A stretch of DNA of 64,000 bases from the IMG/VR virus record IMGVR_UViG_3300021400_001366, positions 64,001-128,000 of that record. One strand, written 5' to 3'. This document shows, piece after piece, positions 1 to 9,601 of this stretch (positions within the stretch are counted from its first letter, which is position 1; every line of letters begins with the position of its first letter). The position numbers were made by a program, and so were the translations under genes. The notes under the pieces were generated by a model. It worked only from the letters and a program-made list of their open reading frames with translations, had not been told where the DNA came from and did no database searches. The stretch comes from a virus. Its lineage: Duplodnaviria; Caudoviricetes.

Positions 1-1
1 A

Positions 2-1027
2 TACCGGCTCCTGGTGAATAGGGTTGTTACCATGTCGTTTAAACGCGATATGGTCAAGGCGCTGAATACCATTGAGAACGATTGCTACAACAGCGATACC
101 GACCTCGAAAAACTCAACAACAATGTATACCGCGACATCGACAAGCTGACAGAGAAGTATTTCTTTTCTGAGGATGTACGAACGCTTGGCAGCGACATCG
201 ACAGGATTTGGGATGAGATCGTAAGCCGAAGGACAGCAGACGGTATTTACGGTTTGCCATCAAAGTACAAGAGTTTCAACGAGTATTTCACTTATGAACC
301 TGGCGAACTTGTAGTTATTCAGGCAAAGTACAAGCGCGGTAAATCCGTGTTCCTGATGAATGAGGTTGTAGATAAGCTCAAAAACGGTGTTTCCTGTCTG
401 GTCGTTGATAGCGAAATGCCGACGCGACTATACGTTGAAAGGTTGCTTGCGCATCTTAGCGGCGTAGACGTAAGGCGAATCAAGAATGGCGATTACAGCG
501 CAGAGGAATCAGACAATCTTGCAAGATGGCGTGATTGGTTGAAAGAGCAGCCGTTCATTCATATCTATGATCCCAATATGACGATGGAACGCCTATATGC
601 CATTTGTAAGATTCAGAAGCGGAAGATGAATCTGGGGTTTGTAGTTTATGACTACATCAAAAGTAATGCCACATCATCAAGCGATAACTACAATCTGTTG
701 GGTGCTATGTGTGACTTCCTCAAGAACAACATAGCTGGCGAACTAGATTTGCCTGTTTTAGCGGCGTGTCAGCTAAACCGTCAGGGTGAAGTTGCTGACA
801 GCATGAAGATCAACCGCTATCTGTCAGTTGGCATTATATGGGATTTCAAGACGCAAGAGAACATCGTCAAGGATGGTATGGAGTGCGGCAATGCGTTTGC
901 CAAAATCTACGTGAACCGCTTGGGGAGACAGATGATGGACGAAGATGAATACATAGACTTCTTCTTTAGCGGCGACAACATGACGATTCAGGAAGCAACA
1001 CAACATTCCGCTGATACAACATTCTGA
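2..1027 (+). CDS. dnaB: DnaB-like replicative helicase (5'-partial; frame open from window start)
   Basis: Walker A variant QAKYKRGKS, DSEM, VVYDY, CQLNR motifs. Confidence 0.9.
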   Translation, partial: YRLLVNRVVTMSFKRDMVKALNTIENDCYNSDTDLEKLNNNVYRDIDKLTEKYFFSEDVRTLGSDIDRIWDEIVSRRTADGIYGLPSKYKSFNEYFTYEPGELVVIQAKYKRGKSVFLMNEVVDKLKNGVSCLVVDSEMPTRLYVERLLAHLSGVDVRRIKNGDYSAEESDNLARWRDWLKEQPFIHIYDPNMTMERLYAICKIQKRKMNLGFVVYDYIKSNATSSSDNYNLLGAMCDFLKNNIAGELDLPVLAACQLNRQGEVADSMKINRYLSVGIIWDFKTQENIVKDGMECGNAFAKIYVNRLGRQMMDEDEYIDFFFSGDNMTIQEATQHSADTTF

Positions 1028-1041
1028 TTGGAGGGGAGCAT

Positions 1042-2052
1042 ATGCAATACGATGAAGATATGCTCAACGAAATAAATCAGAACGTCGATTTGGTTGAATA
1101 CGTCGGTCAACAGATGGAGCTAAGAAAACAGGGCGGGGATTACTTTGCGCATTGCCCCATGCATGTTGACCAGACGGCTTCGCTTTCATTGAACAAAGAA
1201 TCGAACATGTACTACTGCTTTTCATGCGGTAGGGGCGGCGGTATCATCGGCTGGCTCATGGATTACGAAGGGTTGAGGTTCGATCAGGCTGTTGAAAAGG
1301 CAGCGAAACTTGCGAACGTCGATCTGTCTAAAATGTGTACTTCTGAAACAATCCAGTTTCTAAAGAAGCTAAAGGCATGGTCGAGAAACAAGCGTGAACC
1401 TTTTCAACACAAGATCCTTCCTGAAAGCGAATACGAACAATATCAAAAACTACCTGTACAAGAATGGCTTGACGAGGGGATTTCGCAAGCTACGCTGGAC
1501 AGGTTCGATATAAGGGTAGATGATTTTCATAACAGAATCGTTTACCCTGTTCGTGATATTGATGGTCACTTGATAAATGTCAAGGCACGGACGCGATACC
1601 AGAACTACAAGGCATTGCGAATACCGAAGTATATCAACTATTTCCAGGTAGGCGTGATGGACTATTTCCAATCTCTGGATATGGCCTTGCCAAAGATCAG
1701 AGAAAAGAACGAGGTCATAATCTTTGAATCAATCAAGTCAACGATGAAAGCATACGATTGGGGTTATGACAACTGTGTTTCAGCGGAGAAGCACACGTTG
1801 ACGAATGAACAGATTACGCTCCTTGTGAAATTGAAAACCAATGTCGTATTCGCATACGATTCAGATGTCAGCTATTGGTCAAAAGATGTTAGAACCAACC
1901 TAAATAAACTCAGGCGATTCACGAATGTGTTTATTCTGGAAGATAGAGAAAAACTCTTGGGCGGCGTTGAAGCTAAAAATTCACCAGCGGATTGCGGCAG
2001 AGACATCTTTGAACGGCTGCTTGCCAATAGAAGGAAGGTGATCGCTATTTGA
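1042..2052 (+). CDS. dnaG: DNA primase (CHC2 zinc finger + TOPRIM)
   Basis: CPMH...CFSCGRGG zinc finger; IIFES and YDSD TOPRIM-like motifs. Confidence 0.9.
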   Translation: MQYDEDMLNEINQNVDLVEYVGQQMELRKQGGDYFAHCPMHVDQTASLSLNKESNMYYCFSCGRGGGIIGWLMDYEGLRFDQAVEKAAKLANVDLSKMCTSETIQFLKKLKAWSRNKREPFQHKILPESEYEQYQKLPVQEWLDEGISQATLDRFDIRVDDFHNRIVYPVRDIDGHLINVKARTRYQNYKALRIPKYINYFQVGVMDYFQSLDMALPKIREKNEVIIFESIKSTMKAYDWGYDNCVSAEKHTLTNEQITLLVKLKTNVVFAYDSDVSYWSKDVRTNLNKLRRFTNVFILEDREKLLGGVEAKNSPADCGRDIFERLLANRRKVIAI

Positions 2053-2861
2053 GTCCATATAAAGATTTGATAGATAAGATGGTGTGGTCGTATTCCAGAC
2101 TTTCATCATTCGCACAGTGTAAATACCAGTTCTACTTGAAGTATATAGAAAACGACGAATCCGAGCACCTGTCAGAGGGCAATTATTATGCCGAACTAGG
2201 ATCGTATGTTCACTTAATCCTTGAGAAGATATTCAATGGAGAGTTGAGTGTTGACGATGCCGCGCAGTATTATGTAGATCATTTCGATGATAATGTTTTC
2301 TACACTACGAATCAAAGCATCATGGACAAGAACTTTGAAAGCTGCGCCAACTACTTTGCAGAGTTGGATTTGTCGTGGATGAAAGACTTTGATGTAATCG
2401 GCGTTGAACGAAAGATTGAAACTGAGATTGGCGGCTATCCGTTTATTGGCTTTATTGACCTTCTCGTGCGACATAAGGAAACCGGTGACATTATACTGAT
2501 CGACCATAAGTCTGCGAAATATCCGTTGTCTAAGAAAACCGGCAAGCTCTTGAAGGGCAGCGAAGATAGCTTTAGGTCTTATGAAAAACAGATGTATCTT
2601 TACTGCAAGTATGTCTATGAGCAGTATGGCCAGTTCCCGAAGGTAATCGCCTGGAACCACTTTAAAGAAAACGAGATGGTTTACATACCATTCAACGAAG
2701 CTGATTATCAAGGTGCGTTAAATTGGTTCGTGGAAACGATTCATCAGATTGAGAATGAAGAAGAATTTGCAGAAACCGCAGATTTCTTCTATTGCCATAA
2801 GCTATGTGACTATAGGTACAGTTGTGATTATAATAAGTATGCGGATGATGATAGAGAATGA
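2049..2861 (+). CDS. PD-(D/E)XK RecB/Cas4-like exonuclease
   Basis: WSYSRLSSFAQC, GFIDLL..IDHKS, QMYLY, C-terminal Cys cluster. Confidence 0.85.
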   Translation: MSPYKDLIDKMVWSYSRLSSFAQCKYQFYLKYIENDESEHLSEGNYYAELGSYVHLILEKIFNGELSVDDAAQYYVDHFDDNVFYTTNQSIMDKNFESCANYFAELDLSWMKDFDVIGVERKIETEIGGYPFIGFIDLLVRHKETGDIILIDHKSAKYPLSKKTGKLLKGSEDSFRSYEKQMYLYCKYVYEQYGQFPKVIAWNHFKENEMVYIPFNEADYQGALNWFVETIHQIENEEEFAETADFFYCHKLCDYRYSCDYNKYADDDRE

Positions 2862-4435
2862 GATATAACAACTATCACAAACACGATCATTACGGAAATC
2901 CGTGGGCTATGGATGTTGTTGTTAAACCGGAAGGGTACGCACAACGCGCCGTAGAACTAAACCATACCACACTTTTCACAACAAATCATGGCGTTACTGG
3001 CAATATATTCGATTGCATGGAAAACGCCAAAAAGTATGATCTGAAAATGGTATATGGTATGGAGGCGTATTATGTAAATAATCGCTTTGAAAAAGATAGA
3101 AGCAACAAGCATTTGATAGTGATAGCGCGTAACAATTCTGGCGTAATGCAGCTCAATGATATTATGACAGAAGCGCATACAACGGGTTTTTACTATCGCC
3201 CAAGGATTGATAGAGAATTATTGTTTTCGCTAGATCCGAAAGACTTCATCATTACAAGTGCCTGTGTTGCGGGTATATGGTCTGATCGTGAGCTGATGTT
3301 GGCAATACATCGCAAATTCGGTAAGAACTTTTTTCTGGAAGTTCAACCTCATAACATGGATTTACAGAAAGAAGTCAACAAAGAGATTATCCAATTCGCC
3401 GCAGATTCAGGAATCTCGATAATTCATGCGAATGACAGTCATTACATATATCCAGATGATTCAAAGTATAGAGATATATTCCTAAAGGGCAAGGAACGCT
3501 TTTATGAAGAAGAAAGCGGTATGATACTGGATTATCCTGATAGTGATACAATATTCGACAGGTACAAGAAACAAAATGTATTGTCTCGAACCCAGGTGCA
3601 AGATGCTCTTGACAATACGCTTGTATTCGATGAGTGTGAAGAAATCACTATCATCAATGACGATATTAAGCTGCCGTCAGTATCGGATAATCCAGCGCAT
3701 GACTTGAAAGCGATTATCAACGCCAGATGGAAAGCAGAGCGAGAAAACATCCCCAAAGAAAGATGGCCTGAATATCTCGAAGATATTAGATATGAGACTA
3801 AGATCATCGAAGATACACACATGGAGAACTACTTCCTCATTGACTACAACGTGGTTAAGGATGGCCAAGAGAAATACGGTGGCAAACTCACAAACACAGG
3901 CCGTGGTTCTGCGCCTAGCTTCTATGTGACGAAGATTCTGGGTCTTACAGATATTGATAGGATTGCAGCGCCAATTACGCTATTCCCGACTAGGTTCATG
4001 TCAGTCGAACGAATATTGGGTAGCAGGAGCCTCCCGGACATCGACCTTAACACATCGGATAGAGAACCTTTCATCAAAGCAACAGAGGACTTGCTTGGTG
4101 CTGAAAACTGCGCGTGGATGCTTGCATGGAAACCTTTGCAAGATTCTTCTGCGTTTAGGCTTTATTGCAAGGGGATAGGTTTAGACATTTCTGAGTATGA
4201 TGATGTGGCCAAGAACCTTGAGGATTACACGGACAATAAGAAATGGAAAGACATCATCGCGGAAAGCAAACGATTTGTCGGTGTAGTCGAAAGTGTATCG
4301 GAAAGCCCTTGCTCAATGTGCCTTTATGATAAACCTTTGCGAAAAGAGTTGGGTCTTGTTAGAACGCCAAAAGGTAAGCCGTGCTGTTTGCTTGATGGGT
4401 ATAATTGCGACAAATATAAATACTTGAAGAACGAT
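2858..4435 (+). CDS. dnaE: DNA polymerase III alpha subunit, exon 1 (spliced join 2858..4435,5541..7040; 1025 aa)
   Basis: PHP domain HKHDHY; GRGSA; PDIDL; ends KYLKND at intron 5' splice site. Confidence 0.92.
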
Positions 4436-5540
4436 TAACAAAATAGTCGCCCGTCATGGTGACATGGCGGTGAAAACGCTCTAAATTGCTGGGAACCCCT
4501 AAAGCTCTTTTGCCTGGAAAACAGGAGCGAAAGCAGAAACAATTAAAGAGATGGCATATGGTGAAAACCTAAGTGTTGGTGCAATGGGAGATCAGCAGGG
4601 AAGTCTTAAACGATAAATGCTGTGGCAAGCATAGGTAAATGAATGCATAAAAGTAATGGTGGATTTGGTTTCTGGGATTCAGAAAAAGAAAAGGTAATAT
4701 CCATGTACTTGGATAAGAAAATGAGCACTAATGATATTGGTAAAATATACGGTTGTTACGGCACTACAGTTCTTTTGCATCTAAAAAGGTGGAACGTAGA
4801 AATACGCAAGGAGAGATATAATAGCAAGTATTCCGTTGATCTGTCATGCTTTGACGTAATTGACGATGAGCATAAAGCATATTTCCTTGGACTGCTATTA
4901 GCTGACGGCCATATATCGAAACATAACACGATAATGCTGACTATGAAGGATGCAGATGTTGTAGAAAAGTGGAAATCTTTTCTAAATACTGATGCGCCAA
5001 TCAAGATAGATAAGCATGGCAATTACTATCTGAATATTGTCTGTAAACGAATAGCGGATAGATTGAAAGAAATAGGCTTCAATAACAGAAAAAGCTATCA
5101 TGTTGATTTCGATAGAATAATAGGAAATGTCCCAGAATCATTGACGCATCATTTTCTTCGTGGATTATTCGATGGCGACGGCAGTATTCGTGTATATAAT
5201 TATCCGTATTTGAAGAAGCCGCAACTTCATTTTGGTCTAACAGGTTTGCCAAATGTCGTTCAGTTCTTCAAAGAGTATCTCGGCATTACTACAAAGACCG
5301 TCAAAGAATCGGATATAACGTATACATGTGTTTCAGCTTGTCGTGAAACAATAATCGAGTCATTCAAAACTCTATATAAAGATGCCACAGTTTATATGGA
5401 GAGAAAATACGAAACATTCAAAAGCATCGTTTAAGAAACCTTCAACGACTATAATGGGCGGCACTTATAAAGTGCAAGGTATAGTCTACTCCGTCTGCGC
5501 AAAGCAGAGTTAAAGTATTCCGAAAGGAACGGTATAAAGG
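4436..5540 (+). ncRNA. Group I intron in dnaE carrying a LAGLIDADG homing endonuclease in the P6 region
   Basis: P1 cgat|ta..tagtcg with U.G at 4435; AATTGCTGGGAA (P), ATCAGCAG (Q), AACGACTA (R), GGTATAGTCT (S); terminal G5540; splicing gives LKND|YLTV in frame. Confidence 0.93.
4643..5434 (+). CDS. Intron-encoded double-motif LAGLIDADG homing endonuclease with N-terminal HTH-like region
   Basis: AYFLGLLLADG and HFLRGLFDGDG; flanked by the stem tcttaaacgat/atcgtttaaga. Confidence 0.92.
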   Translation: MHKSNGGFGFWDSEKEKVISMYLDKKMSTNDIGKIYGCYGTTVLLHLKRWNVEIRKERYNSKYSVDLSCFDVIDDEHKAYFLGLLLADGHISKHNTIMLTMKDADVVEKWKSFLNTDAPIKIDKHGNYYLNIVCKRIADRLKEIGFNNRKSYHVDFDRIIGNVPESLTHHFLRGLFDGDGSIRVYNYPYLKKPQLHFGLTGLPNVVQFFKEYLGITTKTVKESDITYTCVSACRETIIESFKTLYKDATVYMERKYETFKSIV

Positions 5541-7040
5541 TATCTTACCGTAACGGTATGGGCTATCATTCGTGATGTCTGCAATTCTGTTGGAATACCG
5601 ATACCTACAATCCGTGAACTAGATAAGCTGCTTGATGATAAGACATACAAGATTTATGAGGACGGACTTACATGTACTATAAATCAGGCAGATAGCGACT
5701 TTGCTACTGAGCTTGTGAAGCAGTATAAGCCACATTCTGTCGCGGAAATGTCAGCGTTTGTGGCAATCATCCGACCTGGATGCGCCAGTTTGCTTCAAGA
5801 CTTTATTGACCGCAAGGACTACACGACTGGTGTAAAAGAGCTGGATGATATTCTTACTGACGGCAACCATCGCATGATCTACCAGGAATTGATTATGAAA
5901 TATCTCATCTGGTTAGATATTCCTGAAACGGGTAGTTATGATATTATCAAAAAGATAGCAAAGAAGAAGTTCAAAGAACCTGAACTCGAAGAACTTAAAT
6001 CTAAGCTGCTTAATGGATGGAGGAAGCGCGTAGGACGCGATGAAGGATTCAAGGAAACATGGACTGTGGTTGAACAGGCCGCAAGGTACAGCTTCAACGC
6101 AAGTCATTCTCTTTCATATGCCTACGATAGTCTCTATGGTGCTTATCTTAAATCACACTATCCGCTAGATTATTACACGGTAGCCTTAAACTACTATGCC
6201 AATGACAGTGTAAGAACGTTGAAGCTAACTAACGAACTTAGCGCATTTGGAATCGAACTGAAACCGATCAAGTTCAGGTATTCTCAGGGGCAGTATTCTT
6301 TATCAAGATCGGATAACAGTATCTATAAAGGAATCGCTTCTATCAGTTACATGGGCGAAGATGTAGCTAACGAAATCAATACGCTAAAGGACAATGAATA
6401 CAGCACGTTTATAGATTTGCTCTACGATTTGGACGCAAAAACAAGCCTAGATTCACGTCAGATCAGGATTCTCATTGAACTCGATTTCTTCTCTGAATTT
6501 GGTGATACTAACTATCTTCTGAAATGCAAAGAAGCGTTCGATACTTACTGCGACAAGAAGCAAATCAAGAAACAAAAACTCGCAGAGGATGGCATAAGCG
6601 AAGAACTGGTCAGACCATACGCAGAGAAAGAAACCGAGAAGATGTTCAGCAACATTAACATGAGAGGATTTATCGTTGCGTATTGCAAATCGCTTAAAGT
6701 GCCAAAGCGCACGATGCGGCAGCGCATTGAATCGCAAATTGAGAACCTGGGCTATGTTGATATTGTTGGTGAAGAATACTCTGGCATGGCCGTGGTGGTC
6801 GATCTTGATACGAAGTATTCACCAAGGGTCAAGCTCTATTCCATGAAGAACGGTACAACCATTGATTGCAAAATCGACAAGAAAACATTCAACAAAAACA
6901 AGTTGAAGCTAGGCGATACGATCAGGATAATCAAGTCGCCGCTGAAGCACAAAAACCGAAAGAACGAAAACGGAGATTGGGAGCCTATACCCGATCAGTT
7001 AGAACGATGGATAACAGAATATAAGAAGGTAGAACTATGA
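5541..7040 (+). CDS. dnaE: DNA polymerase III alpha subunit, exon 2
   Basis: In frame from 5541 (YLTVTVW); IRPG, IYQE, YSFNASHSLSY motifs. Confidence 0.92.
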   Translation, partial: YLTVTVWAIIRDVCNSVGIPIPTIRELDKLLDDKTYKIYEDGLTCTINQADSDFATELVKQYKPHSVAEMSAFVAIIRPGCASLLQDFIDRKDYTTGVKELDDILTDGNHRMIYQELIMKYLIWLDIPETGSYDIIKKIAKKKFKEPELEELKSKLLNGWRKRVGRDEGFKETWTVVEQAARYSFNASHSLSYAYDSLYGAYLKSHYPLDYYTVALNYYANDSVRTLKLTNELSAFGIELKPIKFRYSQGQYSLSRSDNSIYKGIASISYMGEDVANEINTLKDNEYSTFIDLLYDLDAKTSLDSRQIRILIELDFFSEFGDTNYLLKCKEAFDTYCDKKQIKKQKLAEDGISEELVRPYAEKETEKMFSNINMRGFIVAYCKSLKVPKRTMRQRIESQIENLGYVDIVGEEYSGMAVVVDLDTKYSPRVKLYSMKNGTTIDCKIDKKTFNKNKLKLGDTIRIIKSPLKHKNRKNENGDWEPIPDQLERWITEYKKVEL

Positions 7041-7378
7041 TGTACATTAAATATGGCGACTTTCGCAAGCATCTGATTGCGATTAAAAGGATTATGCGAT
7101 TACAGGATAAGATATGGGATGCATGTACAGAGGCTTACGATTGTAACCTTGATTGCGAAATGTCTTTTCCAACACTAGCGGGAAATGTCGTTGAATTGCT
7201 CAGCAAGGCAACCGGCGACGATAATGACTGGATTGGCTATTGGGTATATGAACTTGATTGCGGTGATAAGTACAGTGACGGTGTTGTCACTGATACCGAT
7301 GGACGAAACATCAAACTAAAGACAATTAGCGACTTATGGGATTTGCTGTGTGAAAATGATATAAGTCAAAATAAATAA
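7037..7378 (+). CDS. Hypothetical phage protein
   Basis: ORF overlaps dnaE stop by 4 nt. Confidence 0.75.
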   Translation: MMYIKYGDFRKHLIAIKRIMRLQDKIWDACTEAYDCNLDCEMSFPTLAGNVVELLSKATGDDNDWIGYWVYELDCGDKYSDGVVTDTDGRNIKLKTISDLWDLLCENDISQNK

Positions 7379-7388
7379 TCAATACTTA

Positions 7389-7417
7389 ATGACAGATTCG
7401 GCCTGATGTGATATAAT
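7389..7417 (+). promoter_or_regulatory. Sigma-A-like promoter upstream of thyX
   Basis: ATGACA-17-TATAAT with extended TG. Confidence 0.6.
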
Positions 7418-7445
7418 ATTACTGTAAACAAGAGAGGGCGACAAA

Positions 7446-8081
7446 ATGTCAAAAACACTGTTTAACTGGATCGGCGCTGACTGGCGTCGTGTCAAGAACC
7501 ATTGTCGGACAACCGACAATAAAGACTTCACTGAGAAGGAACCAACGCGAGAGTTTAAGCGTAAACTGCTTATCTCCGAACATTCACCGATTCGTCTGCT
7601 TGAGTTCGACTGGTCGTGGAAACAAATCTTTTATTGGCTGTCAACCGAATGGAGCCGCCACAAGTTCGAAAAGTTTATCTCAACCCAGCGCGACGATAGG
7701 CTAAAGGATGAAACGCCTCGCGGCAAGAAACCGCAGGATGCCCTTGTCAACTTCGATGGCTACGCCAACATGCAGAACCTTATTGATGCTTGGCGCAAGA
7801 GATTCTGCGGCGCGGCTACCGATGAAGCCAGGGAACTAGCGGAGGACTTTAAAGTTGAGCTTCATAAGACACACCCGGAAGAAGCTGATGTGCTTCAACC
7901 TAATTGCATCTACCGTGCTGGCTGTCCTGAGTTTAAGACCTGCGGACGTTTCCATACGTTTGTGAAATGGGTGAACGAAAACAAGGACATAGAGCCAAAC
8001 TGGATGATGGATATTCAGAAGCGTTACGATCTGTTTAATGAGTATTTCTATTCCGTGGTAAAAGGCAATGAGAACGATTGA
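7446..8081 (+). CDS. thyX: Flavin-dependent thymidylate synthase-like protein
   Basis: EHSPIR..F.W, WSRHK..STQR, KRFC, PNCIYRAGCPE. Confidence 0.8.
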   Translation: MSKTLFNWIGADWRRVKNHCRTTDNKDFTEKEPTREFKRKLLISEHSPIRLLEFDWSWKQIFYWLSTEWSRHKFEKFISTQRDDRLKDETPRGKKPQDALVNFDGYANMQNLIDAWRKRFCGAATDEARELAEDFKVELHKTHPEEADVLQPNCIYRAGCPEFKTCGRFHTFVKWVNENKDIEPNWMMDIQKRYDLFNEYFYSVVKGNEND

Positions 8082-8304
8082 AAACCAATGCGTTGGTTGT
8101 GAGACTTGTACTTTGGGTAGCGGTTGTCCGCTGCTCAAAGTCGAAGTCATTGAATGTGATTCATGCGGCGATCCTGCCGAATACCATATTGACGATGGCG
8201 ACTATTGCGAAAGATGTGCTATTGAATATTTAGACAGGGTGTTCAATGAATGTACTATCGACGAAATGGCTGAAATGCTGGATTGCCATTTGGAACGACT
8301 CTAG
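8068..8304 (+). CDS. Small Cys-rich hypothetical protein
   Basis: Several CxxC motifs; overlaps thyX stop. Confidence 0.65.
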   Translation: MRTIENQCVGCETCTLGSGCPLLKVEVIECDSCGDPAEYHIDDGDYCERCAIEYLDRVFNECTIDEMAEMLDCHLERL

Positions 8305-8314
8305 GAGGTGGGAT

Positions 8315-8878
8315 ATGATTGTAGTTGTTGGTGAATCTGGGAGCGGCAAAACGTCGCTGGTAAATGCATTTTGCGAGAAACATCCAGAATACAAGCGTGT
8401 TGTTACATATACTACCAGACCAATGCGCGAATGTGAAGTGGATGGCGTTGACTACAACTTTGTTTCCATAAATCAGTTCCTGGACATGATTGAAGAAAAC
8501 AAATTTGTGGAACACAACATGTATCGCGGATGGTACTATGGCACGTCGCTTGATGGTGTGAATTGGCCGCTGGATAACGTGATTGCCGTCCTTACTCCCG
8601 CTGGCTTGCGTGAACTTATGCGCACGGCAAAGGGGAGTCATAATAGGACTCTGGTTTCGGTATATTTGGATGTTGACAGACGGTCAAGGTTAATCAAGAT
8701 GCTTGAACGCGGAGATGACATCGAAGAAGCATATCGCAGAAACCTTTCTGATGTAGGCCAGTTTGACGGAATTAAGAAAGAAGTCGATCATTATATCATA
8801 AACTATCGTTATATGCGCAACATTAACGATCTTGTAGCTATATTTGAAGCGATAATCGGGGTGCAAGATGGCGTTTAA
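8315..8878 (+). CDS. gmk: Guanylate kinase-like nucleotide kinase
   Basis: GESGSGKT P-loop, YTTRPMR.E.DGVDYNFV, YYGT; GGAGG RBS before ATG 8315. Confidence 0.88.
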   Translation: MIVVVGESGSGKTSLVNAFCEKHPEYKRVVTYTTRPMRECEVDGVDYNFVSINQFLDMIEENKFVEHNMYRGWYYGTSLDGVNWPLDNVIAVLTPAGLRELMRTAKGSHNRTLVSVYLDVDRRSRLIKMLERGDDIEEAYRRNLSDVGQFDGIKKEVDHYIINYRYMRNINDLVAIFEAIIGVQDGV

Positions 8879-9302
8879 GATTTATACTGCTGGCAAAATG
8901 AGTGGGATCTCGTTCAGTCAGCAGATGGATTGGAGAAACAAAGTTGAACGCGAGTTGCTAAAACTCACAGATGAACCGGTCAAATTCATTCATCCTCCGC
9001 TCTATTTCAATTATGAATGTGACCTCCACAAAACCGAAGCCGAGATTAAGACCTGGGAGCTTAACCAGATCAGAGATTGTGATATTGTCGTGGTGAATCT
9101 GAATGGCATAGATTCCACGATTGGCACACATTTTGAACTTGGTTTTGTTGATGCTGTGAACACGTTCGGTAACAAGCATATCTATGTTGTCGGTATAGGG
9201 GATGGCAAAAATCTGCATCCGTGGATTGAACTATCTATGTTGCGGATTGAGCCGACTATTGAAGCGGCGTGTTCTTACATATCCCAATACCTTTTTATCT
9301 GA
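8868..9302 (+). CDS. Nucleoside 2-deoxyribosyltransferase-like protein
   Basis: IYTAGKM, CDIVVVNL...IGTHFELG. Confidence 0.75.
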   Translation: MAFKIYTAGKMSGISFSQQMDWRNKVERELLKLTDEPVKFIHPPLYFNYECDLHKTEAEIKTWELNQIRDCDIVVVNLNGIDSTIGTHFELGFVDAVNTFGNKHIYVVGIGDGKNLHPWIELSMLRIEPTIEAACSYISQYLFI

Positions 9303-9313
9303 GGTGCAAATCC

Positions 9314-9586
9314 ATGATAGTTCAAGCAGCTTGCCGGATAAGCATTGATAAAATAGATGAAATTCAGGTAATACCACTACATAGACATGGCGACATCAAT
9401 CTGATTCTCAAGGCTTTTGGATTTAAGCCAGGCAAAGGTTATCAAATCTTAGAACAGGGCTTTATTGATGAACATGGCAATTTCTATAACAGGAAGTCAG
9501 CATTGAAACATGTGAATGACATAGGCCAACAATGTCTGCTTGGCAATTTTGGTACTGACGAATTGTATAGTGAGGACTTGTATTAA
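9314..9586 (+). CDS. Hypothetical phage protein
   Basis: GAGGTG RBS; HRHGD..EQGF..F.NRK.A..LYSEDLY. Confidence 0.7.
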   Translation: MIVQAACRISIDKIDEIQVIPLHRHGDINLILKAFGFKPGKGYQILEQGFIDEHGNFYNRKSALKHVNDIGQQCLLGNFGTDELYSEDLY

Positions 9587-9601
9587 AGGAAAGTGATTTA
9601 A

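Noticed and set aside
2049-2861. Cas4 as part of a CRISPR system
   Set aside because: No repeat-spacer array or other cas genes; context is a replication operon
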